From Microgenomates group bacterium (GTDB lineage Bacteria > Patescibacteriota > Microgenomatia > UBA10105 > UBA927): a stretch of DNA of 64,000 nucleotides. This document shows positions 41,550 to 49,928 of this stretch, one piece after another. The first letter of the stretch is position 1; each line of letters opens with the position of its first letter. The notes beneath the pieces were generated by a model. It saw nothing but the letters and a program-made list of their open reading frames with translations. It was not told the origin of the DNA and made no database searches. The DNA lies in NCBI GenBank assembly GCA_049287205.1, contig JBAQFJ010000001.1, positions 447,041 to 511,040 of the forward strand. The letters are read 5' to 3'. The translations under genes were made by a program, and so were the position numbers.

Positions 41550-41581
41550 AATTTCCCTCGTCTTTGAATGAAGTTACCCGA

Positions 41582-42019
41582 TTATTTCCACAACGCGTCA
41601 ACTTGCTCGCAAAGCCACTTCCTTCGATCATACGCATTGTCCGCCATTTGAAGAAGCCGCATACCACAATCGTAAAATGTGTCAGGATAATGCCACATTT
41701 TTTCCATTATGTATGCATTTGTATACAATTTTTCTCCTAGAGCTCCTTCTTCAATCTCGGTCAAATCTGCCGCCTCGAAGACTTGCTCGAACAGCAATTT
41801 TCTTGCAAATTCCTGACCTTCGTCTTCCGTCAGCACCCGAGCAGGTCCTTCACATACAAGCCATCCGTTTTTCAATGTTGCGGATACTGATCCCCAGTGC
41901 ATTACTTCCTTCGGTGCAATAATCGTGCCGATTTCATTTTTTTCGTTATAACGCATTTGAACAACAACTATTTTTCCATTTAGGGAATATTTCCTGTTCA
42001 CAAAAAACTTCATTTCCAT
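41582..42019 (-). CDS. hypothetical protein
   Basis: 145 aa; no recognisable motif. Confidence 0.4.
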   Translation of the reverse strand: MEMKFFVNRKYSLNGKIVVVQMRYNEKNEIGTIIAPKEVMHWGSVSATLKNGWLVCEGPARVLTEDEGQEFARKLLFEQVFEAADLTEIEEGALGEKLYTNAYIMEKMWHYPDTFYDCGMRLLQMADNAYDRRKWLCEQVDALWK

Positions 42020-42065
42020 CGTATACTCCTCTTTATCCTTCTAAAATTTTTGGATTGATTATTAT

Positions 42066-42120
42066 CAAATCGATAACACACTGAACACGAACCAATCATG
42101 TCCATGATGCTATCGATTTG
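42066..42120. promoter_or_regulatory. perfect 10-bp inverted repeat CAAATCGATA-N35-TATCGATTTG in a divergent promoter region
   Basis: Directly read at 42066-42075 and 42111-42120; lies between divergent genes 41582-42019(-) and 42372-42782(+). Confidence 0.45.
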
Positions 42121-42297
42121 ACCTTGTAAGGAGCATACCTATTCCGTAATATGTAAAAGTGCAAAATAAACCGATATACTACCAAAAAAGCGCAGCTAAT
42201 GAGCGCAATCTCGGTGAGATATACAGGCGTTCAATATACCAAAATTTGATAAAAAAGTCCAACTATAGGACTATTCTAGGCAGTAGCTTCATATTTT

Positions 42298-42326
42298 TTG
42301 CAATTTTTCATTTTGTAGCATATACT
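42298..42326 (+). promoter_or_regulatory. sigma70-like promoter TTGCAA-17-TATACT for the 42372 gene
   Basis: Hexamers read directly with 17-nt spacing; GGAGG RBS 5 nt before ATG 42372. Confidence 0.5.
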
Positions 42327-42371
42327 CGCGCTAGCTTGAATTTTTCATCCAAAAACCCGAATGGAGGAACA

Positions 42372-42782
42372 ATGGAAGAAAAAACCGCAAGGCAAGTGCA
42401 TCAAGAACGGCATCAAGCCGTTCAAAAGGTGCTCGACTCTCTGTTAGCAGTGGTACATGACACTGGCATAACGGAAGGAAGACACCTGAATGGTAAAGAT
42501 GACAGGATCGTTGTGACCATGACCATATGGCCGAAAGGATCACGTGTTCGGAATCTGTACTTTGAATCTGGCCCCGGCATCATGGTCACGCATGGCAAGA
42601 ATGACCTGTACGCAATTGAGTACGATGCGGACACATTCGATGTCGTCGATACCACCATATTTGACGGTGAGGTCAAAGGCGCCGGCAGAATTCATTTCAC
42701 CTACCCAGGACTCGGCAACACCATAGGTGAAGCGGCAAAGTTGGCAACGCTCATCAAAAGCGTGAAGTGGAATTTAGGTTAG
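42372..42782 (+). CDS. hypothetical protein (136 aa)
   Basis: Start reassigned to ATG 42372 (GGAGG RBS) rather than the track's 42159, because the upstream extension covers promoter-like sequence; no motif recognised. Confidence 0.45.
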   Translation: MEEKTARQVHQERHQAVQKVLDSLLAVVHDTGITEGRHLNGKDDRIVVTMTIWPKGSRVRNLYFESGPGIMVTHGKNDLYAIEYDADTFDVVDTTIFDGEVKGAGRIHFTYPGLGNTIGEAAKLATLIKSVKWNLG

Positions 42783-42812
42783 CACATTTTCCTTTCACGC
42801 ACACACATCGAG

Positions 42813-42856
42813 GGGTAGCCTCAATATTGTTTTCATTGAGGCTGCCCTAATTTTTT
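42813..42856 (+). terminator. rho-independent terminator
   Basis: 13-bp stem GGGTAGCCTCAAT / ATTGAGGCTGCCC (one U-G), 9-nt loop, followed by TAATTTTTT. Confidence 0.65.
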
Positions 42857-42867
42857 CTCACAGCTTC

Positions 42868-42905
42868 AGGGTCAGACCCTGGAAGCGGAAGCTATACCCT
42901 ATAGC
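42868..42905. repeat. structured repeat copy 2: AGGGTCAGACCCT-N17-CCTATAGC
   Basis: Exact 13-mer at 42868-42880, 17-nt spacer, CCTATAGC at 42898-42905; embedded in a longer imperfect palindrome CAGCTTCAGGGTC-A-GACCCTGGAAGC. Confidence 0.6.
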
Positions 42906-43125
42906 ATTGTAATACCCGTACTCTTTTGCTATACTGAGCCTCTTCCTGACCAAAAAAGTTGTTGCGCCTTATGCGGTACAAACAACCTTATACGTCAGGT
43001 TTTTCGCACATTACCATACCGATTAACAACTTCTCTTCATATGAAGGAGTGAATAGTGCCTTGAATACAATATTTTCTTGCATTCAGTGAGCTATTCATT
43101 TTTATCATGGAAGGGAGGGAAAGAA

Positions 43126-43623
43126 ATGAGCATATACATTGCTATTCTTAACAATTTTATCCAAAGAACAGAAACAGATGTGTTGCTTGTTCCATTTTAT
43201 GGAACAAAAAGAATCTGGATCAATGAAACAGCCAATCAGCTAATTCACCAATCCTCAGGACAGCACTTTAAACGAAAACTTGTAGCATATGTAAAAGAGA
43301 CCATCATTTTACCAGGAGAATTCATTTCATTTTCTAAAGAAAAACTACTTTGCTTTCGCGATAATGTCGCTCAGTCGATAACGGCGACCATACCAATTCT
43401 GTTGTATGAAGCACTAAATAGAAATTATCATCATATCGTTATACCGCTGCTCCGCTCGCACATACTCAGTGTGCAAAACTCGGCAGAAGAAATGGTAGGA
43501 GGTATTCAACATTTTTTTCATTTTGTACAACAGCATATCAACATTACGATTGTTCTTGGCAGTTCGCAAATCAGTTGTCTTGATTTTCTGCAAGAACAAG
43601 CAGTACGTGTAAACAAAACGTAA
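43126..43623 (+). CDS. paralog A of a three-member family; divergent macro-like/Rossmann-like domain protein
   Basis: 165 aa; GGAGG RBS 6 nt upstream. Shares TDVLLVPFYG, ...LIHQSSG, HIVIPLLRSHILSV...EEM and ITIVLGS motifs with paralogs B and C; motif order resembles the macro domain but lacks its Gly-rich loop. Confidence 0.5.
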   Translation: MSIYIAILNNFIQRTETDVLLVPFYGTKRIWINETANQLIHQSSGQHFKRKLVAYVKETIILPGEFISFSKEKLLCFRDNVAQSITATIPILLYEALNRNYHHIVIPLLRSHILSVQNSAEEMVGGIQHFFHFVQQHINITIVLGSSQISCLDFLQEQAVRVNKT

Positions 43624-43696
43624 ACGGAAGCACGCAACATACAGAGTCATCTTGTAAAAGGAGGTGTAGCAGGTAAAAAGTACGGACGTAGTTATA

Positions 43697-44296
43697 ATGC
43701 TTTTTGACAGTAATGACGTTACATATATCTCTTATATCGAGGAAAACGTGACAAACATTATAGCTAAAACATACAGTGTCATAGGAAACGCAACAAATGC
43801 GATTATTGTTGACACAATTGTCGCACTGATCCACCCAATCTCAGGTGCCTACACAGAACTCACCGGCAATATTATTCGCGGCACCTATGAAATATTTCAT
43901 ACGCTCTTGCAACAACAGCTACAAGACCATCCGCCGAAAAGTGACGAGTGTTTCTTTGTACAACAGCCCCATCGGCCTGAACGGACATTTGACAATGTTC
44001 TGTATGTCGCAGATGACGGATCACTTCCCTTGTCTACATTTACCGAACGCATTCTCTGTCAACTTGTTCAACATGGTAGTTCTATTGTTGCTATACCGTT
44101 ATTACGGTATCAACAAACATCCGTGAAGGAAACGACCGAAGCCATGCTCAACGGCATACGGCGTTTTCAAGATACCAATAATGCACCGCTTCATATTTAC
44201 CTGACACTCGGTAAACGTGATTCCGTTGCATGGAAGTTGCTTCATGCGGAAACAAAATACTGCGGGGAGTGGAGTAACGGACAATATATTGCGTAA
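43697..44296 (+). CDS. paralog B of the same family
   Basis: 199 aa; motifs NAIIVDTIVALIHPISG, SSIVAIPLLRYQQTSVKETTEAM, LHIYLTLG align with A and C. Confidence 0.5.
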   Translation: MLFDSNDVTYISYIEENVTNIIAKTYSVIGNATNAIIVDTIVALIHPISGAYTELTGNIIRGTYEIFHTLLQQQLQDHPPKSDECFFVQQPHRPERTFDNVLYVADDGSLPLSTFTERILCQLVQHGSSIVAIPLLRYQQTSVKETTEAMLNGIRRFQDTNNAPLHIYLTLGKRDSVAWKLLHAETKYCGEWSNGQYIA

Positions 44297-44364
44297 CACG
44301 GCGCTAGTTTTTTGTTCAAAAATTTTACATCTCATCCAATATACGATAGGGAGAATACAAGATA

Positions 44365-44907
44365 ATGGAAATAAAGATGTTCTACTACCTGAAAGAAAAA
44401 AATGCAAAGCCGTTACAGACGGACGTGTTGGTTATTCCGTTCGGTTCCAACGCGCGATCGCTCGCACTTCTTGCACCGACCAGTGAATGGGTACGAGAAA
44501 ATAAAGCATACGCGCATTTGATCAGCAGCGACGAGGTCGTAAAAAAGAGTGCGACGTTTGTAGACTCTACCCCCGTTGCCAAATTCACGTTTTTTATCAA
44601 ACACCTCAGCGGATCGAGCATCCACGCGCTGGTAACCACGTGTTTGGAATTTGCAATTGAAAAGAACTGCGCAATGATCGACATGCCGTTGTTCACTGCA
44701 AACGGATTCAAAGCAATGGATGACAGGGTAATCATGAAAACGATGATTAAAGCATGTAATGAATTTGCAAAAAAACATGAACATGATGCGGCATCGCTTG
44801 AAATCTCGTTTATTCTTGACACAACGCAGCAAGACCTTGCTGTATTTTGCGCTTCCAAAGGAATTCAATATTCAGGAAGACAGGAACAAGGACAATTCAA
44901 AAGATAA
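44365..44907 (+). CDS. paralog C of the same family
   Basis: 180 aa; motifs QTDVLVIPFGS, AMIDMPLFTANGFKAMDDRV, EISFILDTT align with A and B. Confidence 0.5.
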   Translation: MEIKMFYYLKEKNAKPLQTDVLVIPFGSNARSLALLAPTSEWVRENKAYAHLISSDEVVKKSATFVDSTPVAKFTFFIKHLSGSSIHALVTTCLEFAIEKNCAMIDMPLFTANGFKAMDDRVIMKTMIKACNEFAKKHEHDAASLEISFILDTTQQDLAVFCASKGIQYSGRQEQGQFKR

Positions 44908-44971
44908 CTCATGTTAATCGGTTCGACAGCATACAAAAAAATTATGGAGTAATCCAAAACTATTTTTGTTT

Positions 44972-45019
44972 GCTGCTTTTAAAGCAGAACCGACCCAACC
45001 GTTGATTCTGCTTTTTTTT
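44972..45019 (+). terminator. tandem-hairpin rho-independent terminator
   Basis: CTGCTTT-TAA-AAGCAG then GCAGAA...TTCTGC followed by TTTTTTTT. Confidence 0.55.
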
Positions 45020-45032
45020 GGGAAAAAAATTC

Positions 45033-45596
45033 TTATTTGCGTTTTCCGAGTGCAATTGCCAAAACCACTGTAGCGTTTGCAAGAAAAATGTAGAATGGAT
45101 AACTTAATAATACAATGTCAAATTTTCCAACTGAAAACATAGAAAATATGCCGCCTATCGCGATAAGAAGCCACGCACTACTTGTTTCACTTCCCGGATC
45201 CTGATACGCTTTTTCCACAGTAAGATATGTGCCAAGCGCATCAATGCCAATGACAAGATATAGTGCTATAGCCGCTTCTTGTGTAAGATACCATGCAATA
45301 AGTCCTGCTGCAGCGGCAAGCAGCGTATGATAATCCTTTTTAGAAAACCCTCCGACACCAAACCATAATGATAGAAAAAATATAAGTATAACTGACAGTG
45401 TATCTATACCAGTAAGCCACAAAGAAAATGTTGCACCTTTCGCAAATTGTGAAAAAAATGAAATACCACCAAGCACGCTATAAATAAACCAAGTCGACCG
45501 TTGCGGTTTCGTTGTTTTTCGAAATATATCACGAAGATACGGAAATGTTCCTAATAAAACGAAGATGCCTGATAGATAGCCAAAAAGTTGCGTCAT
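45033..45596 (-). CDS. polytopic membrane protein of unknown function
   Basis: ~187 aa; 5-6 TM helices. Start trimmed to the internal Met (MTQLFGYLSG) because the track's N-terminal extension overlaps tRNA-Val. Confidence 0.5.
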   Translation of the reverse strand: MTQLFGYLSGIFVLLGTFPYLRDIFRKTTKPQRSTWFIYSVLGGISFFSQFAKGATFSLWLTGIDTLSVILIFFLSLWFGVGGFSKKDYHTLLAAAAGLIAWYLTQEAAIALYLVIGIDALGTYLTVEKAYQDPGSETSSAWLLIAIGGIFSMFSVGKFDIVLLSYPFYIFLANATVVLAIALGKRK

Positions 45597-45608
45597 AAAA
45601 TTTTCTTG

Positions 45609-45681
45609 TGGGCGTATCAGGACTTGAACCTGAGACCTTTTCAATGTCAATGAAACGCTCTACCAGCTGAGCTATACGCCC
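45609..45681 (-). tRNA. tRNA-Val (anticodon GAC)
   Basis: Reverse complement folds: acceptor GGGCGTA/TACGCCC, D-arm GCTCAGCTGGTAGAGC, anticodon stem TTTCA/TGAAA with loop TTGACAT, T-loop TTCAAGT; CCA not encoded. Confidence 0.85.
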
Positions 45682-45749
45682 TTTTCTTTCTCTCCTTGTT
45701 GAAAAGACCTACACATTATATCATAGAAATAGGTTCAATTATTTCGATT

Positions 45750-46310
45750 ATGAATACCATTAAACGTTGGATTGCTTCTTTTTTTGACTTTATGCAGGGT
45801 ATTGTCGTCTTTTTGGCGATGCTGGTCATGGTGTACCTTTTCCTTTTTTCACCACAGGAAATCAACGGCTCCTCTATGTTTCCGACCTTTATTGATAAAG
45901 AACTCCTGATCACCAACAAAATCGTGTATAAAATCCGTCCGCCAAACCGCGGTGAAGTCGTTATTTTTAAATCTCCAAGCAATAAGGAAATTGATTACAT
46001 TAAGCGGGTCATTGCCTTACCGGGAGAAACGCTCATGCTAAAAAACAGTACCTATTATATTAATGGAGAAGCGTTACCGGAACCATACATTGCCGAGGGT
46101 GTATTTACTTCAGGCGGAGCATTTTTAATAGAGGGAGAAGAAATTATTATTCCAGACGGCTCGTATTTTGTATCCGGAGACAACAGGCCGCACAGTTCTG
46201 ATTCCCGAGAATTTGGCCCAATTCCACTCACTGATTTTATCGGACGTGCGCTCTTTAGATATTGGCCGGCAAATAAATTCTATATTATCCCGGAAGTTAC
46301 GTACGAATGA
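45750..46310 (+). CDS. lepB: signal peptidase I
   Basis: S26 motifs GSSMFPT (Ser nucleophile), KRVIALPGETL, GDNRPHSSDSREFGPIP; start set at ATG 45750 (track gives an upstream alternative). Confidence 0.85.
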   Translation: MNTIKRWIASFFDFMQGIVVFLAMLVMVYLFLFSPQEINGSSMFPTFIDKELLITNKIVYKIRPPNRGEVVIFKSPSNKEIDYIKRVIALPGETLMLKNSTYYINGEALPEPYIAEGVFTSGGAFLIEGEEIIIPDGSYFVSGDNRPHSSDSREFGPIPLTDFIGRALFRYWPANKFYIIPEVTYE

Positions 46311-46311
46311 T

Positions 46312-47124
46312 TTAGGAAGTTAACTTTTCACGGACTCTTTTAAGAATACCGCTTGTGGTTTCCAAATTCCCTCGGATAACAAACACAACACGCGCTTCGA
46401 CTTTTGATTGGGTGATTTTGACAAGTCCATTCACTGATTGCGCCATGTCTTTTGCCATACCGTCCAGCTCGTCACTATGAATGCGTTCCACCTTTGTTGT
46501 TTTTTCTTGTCCCCCATTTTGCATTTTTAGTCTTCGTGCTAAATCTTCTGCGCGCCTTACTGACGCATTTTCTGAAAGAATAGTTTTGTATGCTTCAACC
46601 ATCAACTTAACATCGGTAAGTCCTGCAATTGCTCTGGCATGGCCTTCTGAAATTGCCTGCGAAACAAGACCGTCTTTTATGGCATCAGGAAGCCCCAAAA
46701 GTCTCATTGTGTTGGAAACATAGGATTCACTTTTTCCGACACGTTTAGCTATTTCTGTCACGGTAAGTCCGAATTCTTCAATAAGCCGCTGAAATGCCTG
46801 TGCGCGTTCCACAGGATTAAGATCTTCTCGTTGCACGTTCTCAACGATCGCAAGTTCCAGCATGCCTTTTGCAGTTGTTTCTTTTACAACGATTGGCACA
46901 GTGCTAAGACCAGCAAGTTTTGATGCTCTCCAACGACGTTCTCCTGCGATAATCTGATATCCTGCCGGAGTTTTTGCAACAACTAAAGGCTCGATAATGC
47001 CATGTTCTTTGATGCTAGCAACGAGATCAGCAAGTGCTTCTGGGGCAATCAAACCACGAGGTTGCAGAGGATTCGGTTGTATTAAATCAATATCTAGATG
47101 CAGAATTTGTTGTGAATCAGCCAT
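46312..47124 (-). CDS. parB: ParB/Spo0J-like partition protein
   Basis: 270 aa; ParB box IIAGERRWRASKLAGL and HTH region. Confidence 0.85.
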   Translation of the reverse strand: MADSQQILHLDIDLIQPNPLQPRGLIAPEALADLVASIKEHGIIEPLVVAKTPAGYQIIAGERRWRASKLAGLSTVPIVVKETTAKGMLELAIVENVQREDLNPVERAQAFQRLIEEFGLTVTEIAKRVGKSESYVSNTMRLLGLPDAIKDGLVSQAISEGHARAIAGLTDVKLMVEAYKTILSENASVRRAEDLARRLKMQNGGQEKTTKVERIHSDELDGMAKDMAQSVNGLVKITQSKVEARVVFVIRGNLETTSGILKRVREKLTS

Positions 47125-47134
47125 TGCTACCCTT

Positions 47135-47386
47135 TCAGGCGGGCAGAACAGAAACTATTTTTTTACCTTTTTTTAAGCCGAATTGTACAACTCCTTTGAT
47201 AAGGGATGCGATTGTAAAATCTTTCCCCATCATGACATTTAATCCAGGATAAATCTTAGTACCTTTTTGACGAACAAGGATGTTGCCTGGGTGTGCGATT
47301 TGACCGCCATAGATTTTCGTACCCAATCGTTTGGATACTGAATCCTTATTCCCTTTTGCAACTCCTCCTACTTTTACGTGTGCCAT
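47135..47386 (-). CDS. rpmA: 50S ribosomal protein L27
   Basis: 83 aa; [16 protein letters not shown]...[18 protein letters not shown] is the bL27 pattern. Confidence 0.9.
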   Translation of the reverse strand: MAHVKVGGVAKGNKDSVSKRLGTKIYGGQIAHPGNILVRQKGTKIYPGLNVMMGKDFTIASLIKGVVQFGLKKGKKIVSVLPA

Positions 47387-47388
47387 AG

Positions 47389-48552
47389 TTATTTTTTTTG
47401 AAAAATGAAAAAATTCCTTTGTACAATCGCATGCGGTCTGCCGTATGTAATTGGACCTAGATGCTTAGTATAGCCAAGGATTTCACATGTGTCAACAACT
47501 TTTTTCACACTATAGACTCTTTTGCCAATAGAAAACGACGGAATTGCCATGACCACGAAGCTTCCGGGTTTGAGCACTGAAACCCAATGTTTCAAACATC
47601 CTATATATAATTTATCGAGGCCTTTCACAATATCGGCAATTTCCGAGGGGTCTGTAATTTTCCCTTCCCCCATCCGAGGCGTGCCTAAAAACGGTTCCGT
47701 AGCGATTGCATCCACCGGAACCTGACCTAGCTCATCTCCAATATGTGTTGCATCCGAAACATAGAGTCTCGCGTTTGCTTTTGCTTCATATTTTGCAATA
47801 AGCCAAGAAATATTTTTCTTTGCTTTCGTTATTGTCTCTGTATCAATGTCACCGCCGATGGTGTTTACTCCACGAAGCAGCGCCTCACCCAAAATCGTAC
47901 CCATGCCGCAAAATGGATCAAGCAGTGTTTTTCCACGGGAATCAGAGCCGAGCGCAATATTAACGATCATACGTGCGACTTTTGGCGGCAACATGCCCGC
48001 TTTTGAATCTGCATGCGGCCTGTCATAGTCACGCATACTCCAATGTTCAAATGGCTGCACTTCAGTCGTTCTCGCAATAACGTATGTTTCCCCAATACGA
48101 ATAAGATTCAGTTCTTCCACATGATCTTTCTCTACCGCAACCGATGAAATGACACTTCCTTCACGTGGCAAAACAAATCGAGCACTGATACCAGAAGAGC
48201 TGAACAGATCTTTCATTTCATCCACTAATTGCTTGATAGCGGAGAGGGCAACACCATACCCGCTGAGTCCAAATGTTTTTCTTCCTTCATTCTTCCCGAT
48301 AAAAGAAACAAGGTGCGTCGAACCAAGCCCTGTGGCAGTATCCATATATTGAGCAATTTTGACTGTGCCGCCCAACAGAAGCATCAACTCTTCATCTGCC
48401 ATGATTTTGCCATCCACCGTAATATCACCGTCTACGCGTGCGATTTCATCCGTAACAAAGGTTGCCGATGGAGCAAACACTTGAAGTTCAGTAAGTGAAA
48501 GTTCGGGCGTTCGTCCGAAAAAAAATATTCTTGAAGTCATGGGTTTATCCAA
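47389..48552 (-). CDS. putative RNA methyltransferase (UPF0020/Trm11/RlmL-like, N2-guanine or N6-adenine type)
   Basis: 387 aa; SAM motif [17 protein letters not shown] and motif IV-like IATEPFLG; N-terminal ~200 aa accessory domain; sits between rplU and rpmA. Confidence 0.55.
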   Translation of the reverse strand: MDKPMTSRIFFFGRTPELSLTELQVFAPSATFVTDEIARVDGDITVDGKIMADEELMLLLGGTVKIAQYMDTATGLGSTHLVSFIGKNEGRKTFGLSGYGVALSAIKQLVDEMKDLFSSSGISARFVLPREGSVISSVAVEKDHVEELNLIRIGETYVIARTTEVQPFEHWSMRDYDRPHADSKAGMLPPKVARMIVNIALGSDSRGKTLLDPFCGMGTILGEALLRGVNTIGGDIDTETITKAKKNISWLIAKYEAKANARLYVSDATHIGDELGQVPVDAIATEPFLGTPRMGEGKITDPSEIADIVKGLDKLYIGCLKHWVSVLKPGSFVVMAIPSFSIGKRVYSVKKVVDTCEILGYTKHLGPITYGRPHAIVQRNFFIFQKK

Positions 48553-48853
48553 TAGAAACCACTGTAAGCTGTGTTTCGTGTGCTCTAAATCCGATGTGTT
48601 TCCGATACCGTACTTTTTGTTTATAGCGTCTCACCTCTAATTTTTCACCTTTTTCCTGTCCGTCAATTTTTACAGTAACAGTTGCACCTTTTACATACGG
48701 AGTACCGACGGCTGTTTTTTTTCCGTCTGATGTCAATAACACGTGGTCAAACACCACTGTGCTACCAACAACGCCATCAATACTGTCGACAACGAGCTTG
48801 TCTCCGACAGCCGCGATATATTGTTTTCCTGATATTTCAACTACTGCAAACAT
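48545..48853 (-). CDS. rplU: 50S ribosomal protein L21
   Basis: Start trimmed to MFAVVEISGKQY, the canonical bL21 N-terminus. Confidence 0.9.
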   Translation of the reverse strand: MFAVVEISGKQYIAAVGDKLVVDSIDGVVGSTVVFDHVLLTSDGKKTAVGTPYVKGATVTVKIDGQEKGEKLEVRRYKQKVRYRKHIGFRAHETQLTVVSIG

Positions 48854-48875
48854 GAGTGATATTGTATCAGCCTCG

Positions 48876-49928
48876 TCATTCAAATGCAATTGCCCAAAGG
48901 ATTCCGTAAGAAACGGCTATCGAGAGGATCGAACTCCCTCCTAAAGACACCAACGGAAGCGTAATGCCGGTAACCGGCAAAATCCCCATATTCATGCCAC
49001 TGTTGATCGTAATTTGTGTGAGCAGCATCATAAATACACCGATGGTATAAATCGTTGCAAGCCGATGATGGATGACTTTTGCAATAAGAGGCTGCAGTAA
49101 TCGCCACAATAGTATGCCGTATAACCCAATCAAAAGTGCTCCACCCACGAAGCCAAGTTCCTCCACAAGGGTTGCAAACATAAAATCGGTGTAGTATTCC
49201 GGTAAAAATCGAAGATGACTTTGTGTTCCAAGCCCCAAACCCCGGCCGAAAAATTCTCCGCTTCCGACAGCGATCATTGCCTGAATCGCATTGTATCCTG
49301 TGCCTCTGGGGTCCTGCAGCGGGTTTAAAAAAGTGGAGATGCGAGACTTCTGGTATTCCGCAAGTACCTTCCAAATCAACGGAAAACCTGCGAGCCCTGC
49401 GCCAATTCCCCCAAATACTAACGGAAGAGACAACCCGCCCATAATCATCATCCCAAGCCACATAGATCCATACACCAAACTAGTTCCAAGATCCGGCTGC
49501 TTGAATATCAACAAAAACGGTACGAGAAACACACCGAAATTTATCAAAATATTTGATAGTTTTTTTGGCGGATATTTGGCGATTACGGCGGCAAAAATAA
49601 AAAGCATCAACGGTTTTACGAGTTCTGACGGCTGCAGTTGATTTCCCGCGATAACAATCCACCGTCTGGCTCCCCGAATTACCGGACCAAAGTATGACGT
49701 AAGTAAAAATATATTGCCGAACACATACCCAAATGGTACAAGCCAGCGAAGTAACACGACATCAAATTTTGAAAACAGAAAAAAAAGCACGCCCCCAAGC
49801 ACGACATAGATCAACTGCTGCCAAAATAGTGATATGTTGATCGTTAGGAGCAAAAAAAGTCCAAACGAAGACAATAAAATGAGCGTTATGATTGAGACGA
49901 TGTCGTAATATCGAGTGTTTCTGCCCAT
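48876..49928 (-). CDS. SEDS-family peptidoglycan glycosyltransferase (RodA/FtsW paralog)
   Basis: 350 aa; 10 TM helices; large loop with GLGLGTQSHLRFLPE and C-terminal GGSSILS, typical of the FtsW/RodA/SpoVE family. Confidence 0.8.
   Translation of the reverse strand: MGRNTRYYDIVSIITLILLSSFGLFLLLTINISLFWQQLIYVVLGGVLFFLFSKFDVVLLRWLVPFGYVFGNIFLLTSYFGPVIRGARRWIVIAGNQLQPSELVKPLMLFIFAAVIAKYPPKKLSNILINFGVFLVPFLLIFKQPDLGTSLVYGSMWLGMMIMGGLSLPLVFGGIGAGLAGFPLIWKVLAEYQKSRISTFLNPLQDPRGTGYNAIQAMIAVGSGEFFGRGLGLGTQSHLRFLPEYYTDFMFATLVEELGFVGGALLIGLYGILLWRLLQPLIAKVIHHRLATIYTIGVFMMLLTQITINSGMNMGILPVTGITLPLVSLGGSSILSIAVSYGILWAIAFE

Noticed and set aside
42159-42371. N-terminal extension of gene 42372-42782 (track start 42159)
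   Set aside because: The extension covers a TTGCAA-17-TATACT promoter and AT-rich leader. The internal ATG with a GGAGG RBS is the more plausible start.
43048-43082. Promoter for the macro-like paralog array
   Set aside because: Candidate -35/-10 hexamers (TTGAAT, TACAAT, TTGCAT) do not combine with acceptable 16-18 nt spacing, so no promoter feature was called.
45033-45650. Track ORF start extending the membrane protein N-terminus through tRNA-Val
   Set aside because: The first 18 codons overlap the tRNA-Val gene; the start was trimmed to the internal Met at 45596.
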